Of a stretch of DNA of 64,000 bases, positions 12,605 to 25,670 are shown piece by piece. How positions within the stretch are numbered: the first letter of the stretch is position 1; every line of letters starts with the position of its first letter. The position numbers and the translations under genes were made by a program. The notes under the pieces are model-generated. The model did no database searches, was not told where the DNA came from, and was given only the letters and a program-made list of their open reading frames with translations. Origin of the DNA: Vairimorpha necatrix (lineage: Eukaryota); NCBI GenBank assembly GCA_036630325.1, contig CP142730.1:930001-994000 (forward strand), written 5' to 3'.

Positions 12605-13440
12605 ATGAATATACTAATTATTTTTTGTTTGTTTTACACCCAGGTATACGTAAATTTAGTATCACTTTGAAAGTTTGTTCAATGAAATTATCATTAACGG
12701 TGTAATTTGTGATTCAGATAGAATATGTAATAACTTAAATAAAACATTATATAAATTGTTCAAAGTTATTACGAAATTGTATGGGAGCAATCACGATATA
12801 TTTAATAAAATTATTTAAAAAGATATTTCTGAATATGATTTTATTAATAGAAAAATGCTAATAAAAATGGCTTATCTAACACACTCAAACTTTTATAAAT
12901 GGGATTGGGAAATAATGAATTCTTTTCATTTCATAAAATGATTTACTTGGAAAATTAACAATATGCTTTAGATGCTTAAATACGGATTATTTATAAAGAA
13001 TATTTATATACTTCAAAATCTCTTATAAAATCAATTTAAGACATTATTAAAACGACTTGTGTTTCATATGCGACATAAATATTTAACAAATCTATATATT
13101 GGTTTATTAAAAATGTGAAAATAATTTTAATATTATGATAAATGTAATAAAGAGATTGGTAATAAAATCATTTATAACAAGATCAAATATGATCACGAGC
13201 AAGTGTTAAGAGCAGAATGTACTAATGATAAATATGATTCTAAAAATTTATTTGATATAATTAGTACCTATATATTAGATGTTACTCCAACAAAGAATAC
13301 CACCACTATTGATACTGAATTTGGTAGTATAAAGTATATCTAATACTTACAATTGTCATAATATTTAGTTTAATCATCATATATTATTGCTACAGATATT
13401 TCATAAAAGAGCTGTTTATTTCCAATAGAAGCCTTATATA
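12605..13440 (+). pseudogene. Decayed pseudogene of the surface-protein family
   Basis: CCC-TATTA-ATG at 12597-12607. Remnants include VICDS, EIVW, KWDW, DIIKTTCV and EQVLRAECTND (~13197-13230), followed by a Thr-rich stretch and a hydrophobic end. Many stops. Ends approximate. Confidence 0.7.
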
Positions 13441-14250
13441 ATTTGTATTAATTTTTTATTGTAGTTATCATAAACTATATAATTAGCAAATATGTAAAAA
13501 TTTTTATAGAGTGTTATTTACATAAGCAAACGTATTGTTTAAGCCCTAATATCTAAATTTGATATGTTAACTTATTAGGATTTTATAAATAATTATCTAG
13601 TAGAGTACACAACTAGAAAACTTGCTTTTTAAAGTTTAACATATAAAAAAACATGGTATAATAAAAAGTTCAATTTTTACAAAATATTTATAATATATTA
13701 AGCCAATAAAATGAAATCAGCAACAACAAAAGATTAAAAATTTTTCATTTTTAACAAATAAGGTTTGAATCTTGAAATAGAAGAATAATTATGTAAAAGA
13801 CAAAACTTTTATCTTGTTTGTAACAATTAGCACTAAAAAAAACAAAATTTTTAAAATAACAAAATATAAGAAAATCTAAAAATAATAGCCTAGAATACTC
13901 AGTTTAAATTTTTTTTATATAACAAAACTCAGGAGCAAAAAATCATAATTATTTCTTTTTTATATTTTAATTGACAATATACAAGTATATTTATATGAAA
14001 ATGTACTAACTAAAATAGCTCATAACACTACTGATAGACTTGAAGAAAATTCAATGACAATTCTGTATCAATAACAAATTTTTATTTTTTTATGCTCATT
14101 ATTTTTTTATATGTAACGATAATATATTGTACTTTTCATAAGAGTTAATCACTAAATAGAATTTTGTTTTCATTTCAAATAAATTTTAAAAGTTGTTTAT
14201 TTCGAATATTTATTAGAAATACTCTTTTTATAAAATTAATAAATTCCTCA

Positions 14251-14589
14251 CCTTGCGAACGAACTGGGCCTAATATATGGTTTATAAACAGAAATAATTC
14301 CCTACGTAATCACTTGGGACTGTATAGTGACTAAGTTTCACAAATCTTATACCACAAGACTTGAAATCCCTAAGAAGGTAGAAGCGTACATCCAGATGAT
14401 CACGCAAAGAAGACGCTAGAAAGCATTTCTCTGGACTACCGAAGGAGAGGAGACGAAGCCGATGTGGAAAGAACTATGGAGACGAGAAGCCACCTACAAG
14501 CAGGAGACGCCAACGCGGAACCTATCCTTGTTAAACTATAAATATAAACTACAATAAGCATACCCTAATTAAATTCATTTATTTTTTTT
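14251..14589 (+). mobile_element. 5'-truncated non-LTR retrotransposon (REL-endonuclease type), 3' end only
   Basis: Encodes LANELGLIYG..TEIIPYVITWDCIVTKFHKSYTTRLEIPKKVEAYIQ. Flanked by 12-bp direct repeat ATAAATTCCTCA (14239-14250, 14590-14601). A near-identical copy lies at 63270-63605. Confidence 0.85.
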
Positions 14590-14636
14590 ATAAATTCCTC
14601 ATAATTATTTATTTCTAAAATGAACAAAGTATGTAT

Positions 14637-15552
14637 AAAAAATAAACAAAACTCGAAGGGTATAGTTAATAATTGAGTTTATTTTTCATTGAGCTCATAT
14701 TCTTGCAACATAGCTTGCCCCGGTATCGCTCATGGGATTCAGCCGCTCACAGACTTTGGTTTCTGTGGAATTATTTTCGCTTTAAAACTCCAAACTTTTG
14801 GTTTCATTCTCCTTCAATGACTTACTTCTTAACAGACGCTATATTTGCTAGTGCGAATACAGCTCTAGCCACTTCTTCTTCTCCTGCATCCTCCTGATTG
14901 AATCCTCGTCATCGTTTCAAATAGATGGACTCTAGAGTCTTCTTCATCACAATAGACTGGGTATATGCTTTAAGAAGAGAATTGTATTTCAGCATCCTAA
15001 TAATTTTCCGTGATATTTGGTCACCACACCACTCCACGTCATTATATAAGGAACTATTCTTGTCCGGGATTTATGTATTAGTCCCAGTTCATTTGCAAGA
15101 AGGTCTTAATTTCTTAGTTTTTCATTCTCAACTATAGTAAGTCGATAATGGTTAGTTATACCTACTTCAACTATTAAAATTTCTTTTTTCTTCTTTATAA
15201 ACACAACTATATCAGGCTATTTATGGGTCGCCTTTAAAATTTTGGATGTTCTCGTATCTACTCCTATTTCTGCACGATAATTTTCTATTTTCTCTTTTAC
15301 TAAGTTCCATGTATTTTTCTGCTCTTCTTAAAACCATATTTAATACATAGTAAAAGATGGACACATCTAACCCCTTGTTTTCTTTTTATATAATTAATGT
15401 CCAACATTCGATCACAATTGGTAGCTATTGATCTACGGTCTTCCTATGAGATCCAAAATTTGGGCATTGTCTTTCTTGTACACAGAAAATATTTCTATCC
15501 TACAGAAAGCAGCTATTGCTTGGGAATTGGCATGATTGTAAAATGAGGGCCT
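14637..15552 (-). mobile_element. Degenerate non-LTR retrotransposon 3' fragment (zinc-knuckle remnant + PD-(D/E)xK REL endonuclease)
   Basis: Minus strand gives CP...KTVD..TNCDRML, PDIVVFIKKKKEILIVEVGITN, LLANELGLIHKSRTRIVPYIMTWSGVVTKYH, with stops and frameshifts. Confidence 0.85.
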
Positions 15553-15679
15553 AAATAATTATATTTCGATATTTACTGTATTATATAAATCTGTAATAGA
15601 CACACATATCCAATTTTTTTTTGCAATATTTTCAAATTATTTAATTCATCTAAATATAACGATAAAAATTTAATTTTTT

Positions 15680-17180
15680 TATGTATAGCTATATTAAACA
15701 AGAATCAGCATGATGTTACATATAAAACAACACAATATAAAAAAAAGAAACACATTAATTATAGAAAAGTTATTGTTTTAATCTCTTATATATTTGTGAA
15801 CTTTTAACACTTGTTCAAACTTTTGTTTGCACACTTCATAACCCCGTATAAATGTCTTGTAGCGCATTTTTGTATGTTTATAAGACCATGATAAAATATT
15901 GGTGTATAGACTCGATAATTTACATCTAAATTTAGAAAATATATGAGAAATCCACGACCAAACATTTCTTAATACCAAAGAAATTATTTCTCTTATTCTC
16001 TTTATATTCTCATAGACGATTTTTCTGAATCTTTTAAAGTGCCCGGGCAATGGTTCTGAAACTTTTTTCTTCGGCTTAATGTTCTTCCAATCTAATGGTG
16101 AATTACTTAGAAGTACATAGATTTGATCTTCAAATCTTACCACACACACTTCTTCGTTCTTTTCTTCTTGTATCTTTTGTAAAAGAATTATTCCCAAATC
16201 CATCTCTGTAGGAGGATATAAAAGCTTCCTTATGCTGACAGTTTTAATTAAGAACAGGACTACAAATAACATGTTTATTTACATAAAATTTTATATTTAT
16301 ATTTATTTCTGAAACAAATTTTTTGAAAAAAGAAAAGTAAAATAAAAAAATTCTTATTAATGATTATATTAGTGATTTATCAAATTTAATTTTTCATTTT
16401 TCTATTGCATTGTTTCATTGTTTCTGATGTGTTTTGGTCTAAACATAAAAAAAATAACTTGAAAAAATATGGTTAACAATTGAATTTATGTACTTTTGTT
16501 ACTAATTTTTTTTAATTTTTTTTAATTTAAAGCTGTCAAACTGATTTGATATGCTTGATATCAAAGTTCAAATCAATCAAATATATTTTCAACCTTCTTT
16601 TAAAACGTATTTTGTATTTTGGAGAATGTGTTTGATGAATCAACAAACAAAAAAACACTCATTTTTAATGAAATTGATTTATACACTATATTTCAAGATT
16701 ATGTATAAAATTAATGCCCTGTAAATGTTTTACAAATACCATATATTACTTATATGATCTTTATAATTTTATAAGTTATGAATCGGGCTATATTCTAAAA
16801 GTCGATTATAATGAAAAATAATAGTAACATCTTGTTTCAATATGGCGAAAACATCATGCAAAAATAACATAAATTTACGGAAAATGATAAAGCACGAGGC
16901 AGTAAAAAGACTGTTGTTAATGTTTGTAAACAAAAAGATTGCTTTTTATGGTTGGCATTATATGTATATACTCTACAATCAATTTCCTACAAAAAACAGA
17001 CCTTGAAAATCTATATTAATAGTTTAAATGAAATATATATTAATTTTTATTTTTTTAATTAAATAAACATGAATTTTTGAATATTAAAATGTTTTTTGCA
17101 AAATACTTTTTTTTTATAATAGCTTTTATCATATATGGAATTTTATTCAATATTCATCAGTGTTGATATTTATTTTGAAA
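15680..17180. repeat. Segmental duplication copy C
   Basis: 15680-16760 matches 6680-7767, and 16637-17180 matches 1-540. Confidence 0.88.
15778..16272 (-). CDS. 164-aa orphan protein, copy 2
   Basis: Paralog of 6773-7267 with the same length and an intact frame. Confidence 0.7.
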   Translation of the reverse strand: MLFVVLFLIKTVSIRKLLYPPTEMDLGIILLQKIQEEKNEEVCVVRFEDQIYVLLSNSPLDWKNIKPKKKVSEPLPGHFKRFRKIVYENIKRIREIISLVLRNVWSWISHIFSKFRCKLSSLYTNILSWSYKHTKMRYKTFIRGYEVCKQKFEQVLKVHKYIRD

Positions 17181-17284
17181 CTTTATAAACCTCCAATTTT
17201 CATGAAGAACAAGAATAAATTTATTGAGAAAAATAAAAAATTCTATTTTTAATTATATTATAAAGATTGAACTTAAAAGGCCTT

Positions 17285-18316
17285 TTAATTTATTTCAGAA
17301 TCACTGTTTCTTTGAGATCTTTTTCTTTTATAACACATTATTCCGAAAAAAATGAAGAAGGAAATAAAAATAAATAAACTTACAATGCCAATTATCAAGT
17401 CACTACCAATGTTCACAGTTGAAATGTCCGAAGTCTTTTGAAATACAGTATCAGTTATGTTATCGTTTTCAGTAATATTGTTAGAATTAATAGCAAATAC
17501 ACCAACTAAATCATGAGTTTTTGCAAATAAATTTTCGTTGATAATGATATTTTTTATATTATTATTAATAATATCATTGAAAAAAGAGGTAGTATTGTTA
17601 TTATTAGAAATTGTAGTGTCGCTTACACTATAAATTTCAGTAGTAAAATCATAAAAACTATTACTTACATTAGAACATTCTGCCTTTAGTAAAAGATTTT
17701 GATTTTTAAGTATCTCTTTTTGAAATTCTTTAAAATGTTTTAAAGAATAACAATCATCGTAATAAGAAGTAAGATTTTTACACTCTTTATAAACTATAGT
17801 TGGCAAGTTTTCATTTATACCCTTTGGTATAAAACAAATATTTCTACTAACTATATCTTTTATTGCATTTTTAGCAGACATTGCGCTTTTTATTGTATCT
17901 TTATAACAAAGTCGTAGCATTATATAAAATTTATCAACAACTTTTAGAATTTCATTAACAAATAATTCTTCGGGGGCGATAACCTGTTTCCATAGACTGA
18001 AATCAACTATTTTTCTACCAAATTTTTGGTCAAATGCTCTGTGTATTATGTCTCTTCTGACAACAAAACTATGTTCCGCGGTATCATTTTGTGTTATTCT
18101 TTTAAAAATGTAATGATTCGTTATTATGTTCCAAATAAGATCATAAAAAATCTGAATATCTGATTCTGACAATGCAAGATTGTACTGTGTATCTACTACA
18201 TCATCACAATTGTTACTATAAAAAACTAAAGAATTTAAAACAAATTCTTCATTATTAATAGTTTGAATTGCTATTGTCATAAATAGTAAATACAAAATAT
18301 TACTAGAACAAATCAT
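17285..18316 (-). CDS. Cys-head surface-protein family member (343 aa)
   Basis: CCC-TTC-ATG start, motifs WNIITNHYIF, LRLCYKD, NICFIPKG, LPTIVYKECK, LLKAEC, Asn-rich stalk, TM helix and YKRKR tail. Confidence 0.9.
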   Translation of the reverse strand: MICSSNILYLLFMTIAIQTINNEEFVLNSLVFYSNNCDDVVDTQYNLALSESDIQIFYDLIWNIITNHYIFKRITQNDTAEHSFVVRRDIIHRAFDQKFGRKIVDFSLWKQVIAPEELFVNEILKVVDKFYIMLRLCYKDTIKSAMSAKNAIKDIVSRNICFIPKGINENLPTIVYKECKNLTSYYDDCYSLKHFKEFQKEILKNQNLLLKAECSNVSNSFYDFTTEIYSVSDTTISNNNNTTSFFNDIINNNIKNIIINENLFAKTHDLVGVFAINSNNITENDNITDTVFQKTSDISTVNIGSDLIIGIVSLFIFISFFIFFGIMCYKRKRSQRNSDSEIN

Positions 18317-18713
18317 GAAGGGACATAATTTTTTTTATATAAATAATAAAAAATTTAAATAAAAACTATGTACTACAATATAATTTACAAAAATAACTAT
18401 TGTTATATGTATAGCTTAATCTATAGATTGAGATTTGACATGTATAAAAATCAAAGTAACTAATTTAAATGTATTTAAATATTTTACAAGTATGTTTTAC
18501 ACTCATAAGATTGTTCAACTTGTTTTGATGCATCAGCAGACATATTCTTACTTTTTTTTTTGTAAACATATATTATATTTTATTCATAAAAAACCTGCCA
18601 CAAATTATTTTTGCAATATAATTAATAAAATTTTGAAATTTAGCATCAGACTATAATAAACAAATGCAATTATGATATTTTTTGTATAAATTATACAAGA
18701 ACTTTTAAAAACG

Positions 18714-18766
18714 TGTGAAATATCAAACATCTTTTATGTGAAATATCAAACATCTTTTATGTGAAA
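18714..18766. repeat. 23-bp tandem duplication (x2.3)
   Basis: TGTGAAATATCAAACATCTTTTA repeated exactly, ~400 bp upstream of the 18316 start. Confidence 0.85.
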
Positions 18767-21700
18767 AACTACTCATCATGTAGAGTAAACTACAATACAA
18801 ATTTAAATTACATAAAAATTAACATTAGAAGTTTTTGAAGACATTTTTTGATTTCTTGAAAATGTTTTTTAGAAAAAAAAAAGAAATTATTTTAAACAAA
18901 TATGTAGAATATCACGAATCGTCATAATTTCCATAAATAATAAATTTAAGAGGATTTAGTGTAAGTACATCGATATTAAAAGTTAGTAAGTCTCATAATA
19001 ACTTTTGATTCAAATAAATATATAACAGGTATAATTGGTTATATTATCATATGTTTATATAAACTTTGTAATTTACATTCTAATGTATTAAAAAACCATC
19101 ATCTGATAACAAAGTATACTGTTTTTTTCTAAAATTTTACAAGTGTTTTTGTTGTAAAACTAAATTAGTAACGTTTCCGACGTGTGTTTTGACGAGTCAA
19201 TGTAAAAATTTTGTTACCGATTTTTGACTTGATTTAAAGCGCATTTGAAATATCTTGTAGACATAACAAATATTTAGTGTATGAGAAATTAATTATTTCC
19301 TGATATAAATTAAAAAAATATTCATTATAGTTCTTAAAAAAATATTATATATTATTATAAAAGTAAATATTTTCATATGAATCAAATAATTTCTAACAAA
19401 TCAACATCAATGAAGATTAAGAATAAAAGTAATTTTTTTAACTAGTTTTTGAAATTATGTATCTAATGAGCTTTGTTCCGAATTTTGAAATTAAGTCAAT
19501 ATGAAAACACTTACAGAGGTAGACATTTTTAAGATTTTGTTTATTATATGTTAGAGATACATGAAATTATGTTGTTTAAGTCAAAAAAGACACGTCAAAG
19601 TACTTTGATATATTAAAATACTTAACATTTCTAGTGTTTTTGACATAATTCCTAACTTAACTATGATACATCATGAATTATATAATGAAATTAAAAATGT
19701 ACGTATAATCAGTTTTAAACCTTTTGGGGAATTTATAAAAAACAACGTAACTGTTGACATGTGATAAGTATTTGAATCTTAAATTTTCTATGATAGAAAT
19801 AAAATTTTATTTTTTATGTTTTTTTATCATTTACGTTCACTTTTTTGCATCATTTGATACCAATTTTAATATTGTACTAATTTTAGACATTATCTCAAAT
19901 ATATCTTTATTAGAATAAAAAGTAATTATGAATGGGCATTGTAAATTTTTTTTGTATTAATTTTTACGTTTTATTTTTTCGTTGAACTAATTTATTATTT
20001 ATTTTTTACATTTAGTGGTATCAACTCATAGTGTATGACAAATCCTATTTTGATTTTTTTATTAGTAACAGCCCGCATTCTGAAAAATTAGTTTATTAAT
20101 CTTTAATGACTTGTATAATGCGTAAAAATAAGTTTTCTCGGGTTCCAGTTTTTCAAAACTAATATGATTTTTCTAATTATTCTTATTTTTATTCTTTACA
20201 TATAAAAAGTTAATTAACGTTAAATGATTATGATATTCGGTCATTGTAAAAACAAATCATAAAAATTAAATATATTAAGATTGAATGTTTCACTTATTCA
20301 GAACGAGAATAACAATACATTACATGCTAATGGTTTCTAATTACATTATAAAAATTTTAAAAATGAAATATCGTTAATAGGTTAATACATAGTATTTTTA
20401 TAGACAATTTCATAATTATTTATACAAAAAAAATCAAAGTAAATATATTTTACACCAAAATATTCAAATGCTAAAATATGTAAAAATTTCAATTCTATTG
20501 TTGTTGGAAAATTATAAAATAAATATCTCTTTAGAATTTAATGTACTATTCTATTTTCATGAACAATACTCATCTCTATATGCCAGCAAAAAAAAAAATA
20601 TGCTAATAATTATAATTTGTATAAATTTAAGCTAGTTTATGGCGAAAGCCAACGATGATGTAAGATAATTATCGTGTTAATGAAACATCTAGATATAAGT
20701 AGATATTTATTCATAAATTTCTAATAAGTTTACTGTAATATTTTGCAAAGAGAACTAATACCATATGTTAGCAACTATAGTCTTCTATTAAACATAATGA
20801 AATTTTTTTATTATTTACTTGTGAAACTCAGACATTGCTTACTTGATTATTGTTCTGTAACCGTTACACACTTTTGGAAGATAAACAAATTTGTTATTTA
20901 TTGGATAATAAAAAAAATTTTGAAAAATTGTGATAATATGTTAAAAAAACACTTTATAACAATTTGACTAAAACTAAAGAATCTAATGCAAATAATCTAT
21001 TTTAAGCTTTTTTATAAGCTTATAAAAAATCAAAAGTTTTTTTTATCATAAAGTATTTATCACATTATTATTTAATAAACTTAGAAAATTATAATCCCCG
21101 AAAAACTTCATTAAAATTTTTAAAACGTAATAGACTAGTAAATGATCTACATCGCATTTAAAACACTTCATGTATAAGTACTCGTTCTTTTTCCGCCGCC
21201 AAAAAAAATTATTTTATGTTTTGTCCTTAATATCAATAAAATTTATTCAGAGTTCAATAATTTCAAGAATAATCATCACACAAACTCATTAAAATTCCAT
21301 TTTGATAGTTATCATGAGTATTTATTACGTACATGTTTTTCGCTTATATGTATTATGTGTTGCTCTTCTCTTTTTATGACATAAAAAATGTTTAAGTAAA
21401 TTTAATTCCCTAATAAAATATATGTTCGCATAGAAGAAGAATAAAGACCAAATAAATTAAGTAATAACACAAAAAAGATTTGTGATATTGTAAAACCTGA
21501 ATATGGTTCATTTTTAAAAACAAACAATAAAATACATAATTTTTTTTTATTCATTTACATAATTTTAAAATTATATACGAAGTAAATAAATAAACAAGTC
21601 GCCAGGGATATTATTATAATAGATTTTACTATATAAAAATGCAAAATTTTTAACATGACATACTGCATGAAAAATATAACCTAGTTGTTAATTTTAGATA

Positions 21701-22857
21701 TTTCTCGAAATAAAGAATTTTTTCAATTGAAGATTCAGATAGATATCATATAAAACTACAGATGCTTGATAGAAAATTGCGCCTTACAATAGTAAGAAGA
21801 AATACTAATACTATTAAAATATTAAAAAATTATAAACAATTTCATAAGGCTTTAATTTTAAACTAACAACTTTATAAACTTTTTCTTAAAAATTTTAAAA
21901 AGTTTAGCATCTAAAAAATAAAAGCAAAATCTTAGTTTTTTTATGTATTTGTTTATAGTTTTCAACCATACATTGCATAGATTTGTTTTAAAAGATAAAA
22001 TTATTACTATAGATGATTGATTAACTACTATTTAAATTTTATCAGATTAAATCTTGTGCATATTCCTAATTATTGGTGGTAACTTGTTTAATGGACACAA
22101 AAAATTTGTTTTTATTAATTTGATATTTGAATGTTGAAAACATAATAAATATAAATTGAACACTCTTCAATAATTTGACATTATAAAATCTTTTCTAACG
22201 TATTATCTTCATGATAAATCAAAATCATTTAATAGTTAAGGACTTGTACACAAAATTTTAAAAAATACTATTTATTATTGAAATATACTTATAATATTTT
22301 AAGCAAATATATAAGATCATTTATATGAGAAAATGCATAAAGGCTAAATCTTCAAAGAATGTATAAATTTCAATCTATAGTTATAGTATAAAGAACTGCA
22401 TTATTTCGACCTAGAGAACAATAATTTTATTTTAAGAGCTCATATAAATTTTTAATTTGTAATATAGCCATGTTTTTTATAGAACATAATTTTTTATTAT
22501 TTAAAATTTTTTTATTTTTGTAATTTTAATACTAAGCCAAAACTAACAACATCATCATATACAAAAAGACCTTTTCCTTAAAACTATGCGCTTTTATTTA
22601 AAAGTAATTTAAGGGTATAACATTTTTTTGGATAAAAGAATAAAAATATTTCCAAACAGAATTGTCATCATTTTTTTTGTAATTATTCTTACTTAATTCG
22701 TTAATAGACAAAAAAATAAACAATAGAATGACAAGGTACTATTAATTTCAATTTTGCATTGTTTTTTTAAAAAAGTTCATTAATGCTATATACAAGTTTA
22801 TTTATCTAAAAAAATTTTAAATATGCTTAGAATCCTTGTAGATAAATATTTCAAAGC

Positions 22858-24234
22858 CTAACTTTTTGAGTTTATAGAAACTATGTTTTCTTTTAAATGT
22901 CCACGCTTACGACATTTGTATTTAAATAACATAAATAATATGCCAAATAATATAAAAATTAAAAAAATCAAAGCAGAGATAGATCCACAAACTCCCATAT
23001 AGCTAATTATATTTTTAAATTCCGTAGCAATTGTATCAAAAGTATTAGGTGTCTCGGTAGTTTGAATTGTTTGTAGTCTGGAAGATTTTTCATTTATTAC
23101 TGTATTAATTTCTGGGGCATGCGCGGAAACGAGACTTTCTGATTTTAATTTCATTGGTTCAGAAAGTTTCTGTGTCTCGATACTAAAAGTTTCAGTGATG
23201 TTTTCTAATCTTTCATTTTGTTCAATTAGGTTACTAATATTAATATCTGTAAAAATATTTTTAGTGACATTAAGGAATTCTTCATTAGTTTCTGTTAAAT
23301 TATAAAGCTCTGCAGTTATAGTTTCAGTAAAAATATCATAATTTTCATCGATTATTTCATTTATATTATTTATTTCCGCAATATTTGTTTCAGTAACATG
23401 CCCAAACTCTTCACTAGTTGCCACAGAAATCTTATTTAATTCAGTAGTAAGAGTCTCTTTGCTACTAAAATTACCGCATTTGCTATCGACTTCCCCATAA
23501 ATGTTATCTAATTCAGCAGTAATATTTTCAATCATATTTTCTCTAATGTATTTAGATAGAAAATCATCTGATAGAAAAGATGCATTTGAATTCGTACATT
23601 CCGCTTTGGTTAATAGATCACCATTCATTTTTAAATATTTTCTAAAACAATCCCAATCTTCCGCATCATTAAGACAATCATCAGAAGGTTTTAATTGGCC
23701 TTTACAAAATTTTATAACGGGCAAAGGTAGTTTAGCACTTATGCCATCTTGTATAAAACAAGTATGTTGTCTAATAATTTCTTTAATAGTCTCTGTAGTA
23801 GAACTGGCATCATTTATGACATCTTTATAACACGTACGTAATATATCATATAATATTGTAGAATCAGATATCATTTCAGCTAAAAAATCCTTTTCTTGTT
23901 TCGAAATAGTTACATTAGGATTATAATCGCCGTATATTAAAAATTCAAAGAATTTCTCTTTCATTATATTACTTCTATTGACAAAACTATTTTCTGAAGT
24001 GTCATTTGAAGTCATTCTTGCAATTATTTCATGATTTGTAATTGCGTTCCAAATAAAATCGTGAAAAACTTGGGCGTTTAAATCATACGAGTAATTTACA
24101 TACAATTGTGTGACCAATGGTTCACAAACATTTGGGCTATTAACAGCTTCTTTCAGACAATCATCAACATTTATACTAGTTTTTATAGATTTTATAAAAA
24201 ATATAACTGCATTTACATAAAATGGATATCTCAT
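22858..24234 (-). CDS. Cys-head surface-protein family member (458 aa, acidic repeat stalk)
   Basis: CCC-ATA-ATG start, all family motifs, stalk with ~22-aa degenerate ETITAELxNI repeats, TM helix and KYKCRKR tail. Confidence 0.93.
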   Translation of the reverse strand: MRYPFYVNAVIFFIKSIKTSINVDDCLKEAVNSPNVCEPLVTQLYVNYSYDLNAQVFHDFIWNAITNHEIIARMTSNDTSENSFVNRSNIMKEKFFEFLIYGDYNPNVTISKQEKDFLAEMISDSTILYDILRTCYKDVINDASSTTETIKEIIRQHTCFIQDGISAKLPLPVIKFCKGQLKPSDDCLNDAEDWDCFRKYLKMNGDLLTKAECTNSNASFLSDDFLSKYIRENMIENITAELDNIYGEVDSKCGNFSSKETLTTELNKISVATSEEFGHVTETNIAEINNINEIIDENYDIFTETITAELYNLTETNEEFLNVTKNIFTDINISNLIEQNERLENITETFSIETQKLSEPMKLKSESLVSAHAPEINTVINEKSSRLQTIQTTETPNTFDTIATEFKNIISYMGVCGSISALIFLIFILFGILFMLFKYKCRKRGHLKENIVSINSKS

Positions 24235-24666
24235 TATGGGTAGTAGAAAAAAAAAAATATTTATCTATAAATTAAGTTGACTTTAAAAATTTTATAAACT
24301 TTTTTTTAATATTTCGATATTGAATAGTTTTTTAGTAAAATTTTATGTTTGCAATAGGCAAAATAAGGTATATTAGATTTTTGACAGGTAAATTTAAAAA
24401 AACAAAAAAAAATAATAGTTACAGAAACATAATTTGAAATAAATTTATATTCAATTTAAAGAAATTTTATCGCAAAGTAACTTTTAGTACGGCCAAATGT
24501 GTTTTGAAGATACGAATTATCAAAATTGAAATAAAACATAATTAAATCTTATAAAAAAACAGTTTGATTGTATTTGAAAGACAAAAACAGAAATAAACAA
24601 ATTTATTTGATTTTTAATCATTTAAACACTTACTTTTCTTGATATACTAATAGGCTTTGCATTTTT

Positions 24667-25670
24667 GGCTAATTTCACCTTTAGTGTAAAAAAACTGGGG
24701 GTCAAAATGTTTAAAAAATTGCCCTTTCTTCAAAAAAGGAAAAGAATGCCGAGTAACTACGAGATTATAGATTTTTATATATCACTTACATAAAAAAATA
24801 CAAACAAAATAGTATAAACTGATTTGGCGTACAAGTATAACTAACTAAACAGCTTACTTAAGATGTAAGGCTGCAAAGTGTAGAGATAAATTTTCCAATT
24901 TTGTATAATAAATTATTTTTAAACCCTAAAGTAGAACGCTTACTTATGTTAAAAATAGTAAAATGTGGAAATAGGTTCTAAGGTAATTCGTACAACAAGA
25001 ATTTTTGGGATGAAATATAAAAAAAGTAGGCTACACCCCTGAAAAAAATTATGAGCAGTATTATAAAAGACCAATTAAACAGCGGGCAAAGGTTTTTTAG
25101 TTGAGATTAATGAGAGCAAATTAAATAAAAATAAATAGCACAAGGGAATGGTTGTTAAGGGGGTTTGGTGCTTCGGAATGGTAGAAAGAACAGAAGCAAA
25201 GAAGATAATCTTTGTAATAAAAAATAAAATAAGAAAGATAAGTAGCATTCACTAATCTTTAGGCATGTTAATTTGTAATCAATCATACATTCTGATATGT
25301 AGAAGGCATATATGACTAAAAAGTCATTATGCTGACCATAGAACTGTGAATCACAGTCAAACATTAAAAGACAGAAATACAGGTGTCAAACAAACACAAT
25401 CGAAGAGAATTAGAGGTCTTTAAAAGCCTCTATACACAATAGTTGTAGAACATATGAACTAGCAGAAATCTATTTAACTCTATATATGAGTAAAAAGATA
25501 ATAAATGTAAAACACGATCGAAGCAAAATAAGAAACTTATGTTTTTGATATTAATTACTTACTTTAATGTTAATTTTATTGCATTTTGTTTTTTTTCTGA
25601 AATTGTCTCTTCCTTTACATTTTTTTTAAAATTTTTCTTCTCTACATTTATACTAATGCTGAAATTAGCC
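24667..25670 (+). mobile_element. Decayed Merlin DNA transposon
   Basis: TIR GGCTAATTTCA...TGAAATTAGCC, TSD GCATTTTT (24659-24666) / GTATTTTT (25671-25678), and transposase remnants LVEINESK, HRTVNHS, TNTIE. Confidence 0.85.

Noticed and set aside
23501-23830. Antisense ORFs inside real genes (also 6915, 29485, 30190, 30462, 41516, 47797, 52282, 52964, 57095, 62314)
   Set aside because: Shadows of the opposite-strand coding sequence.
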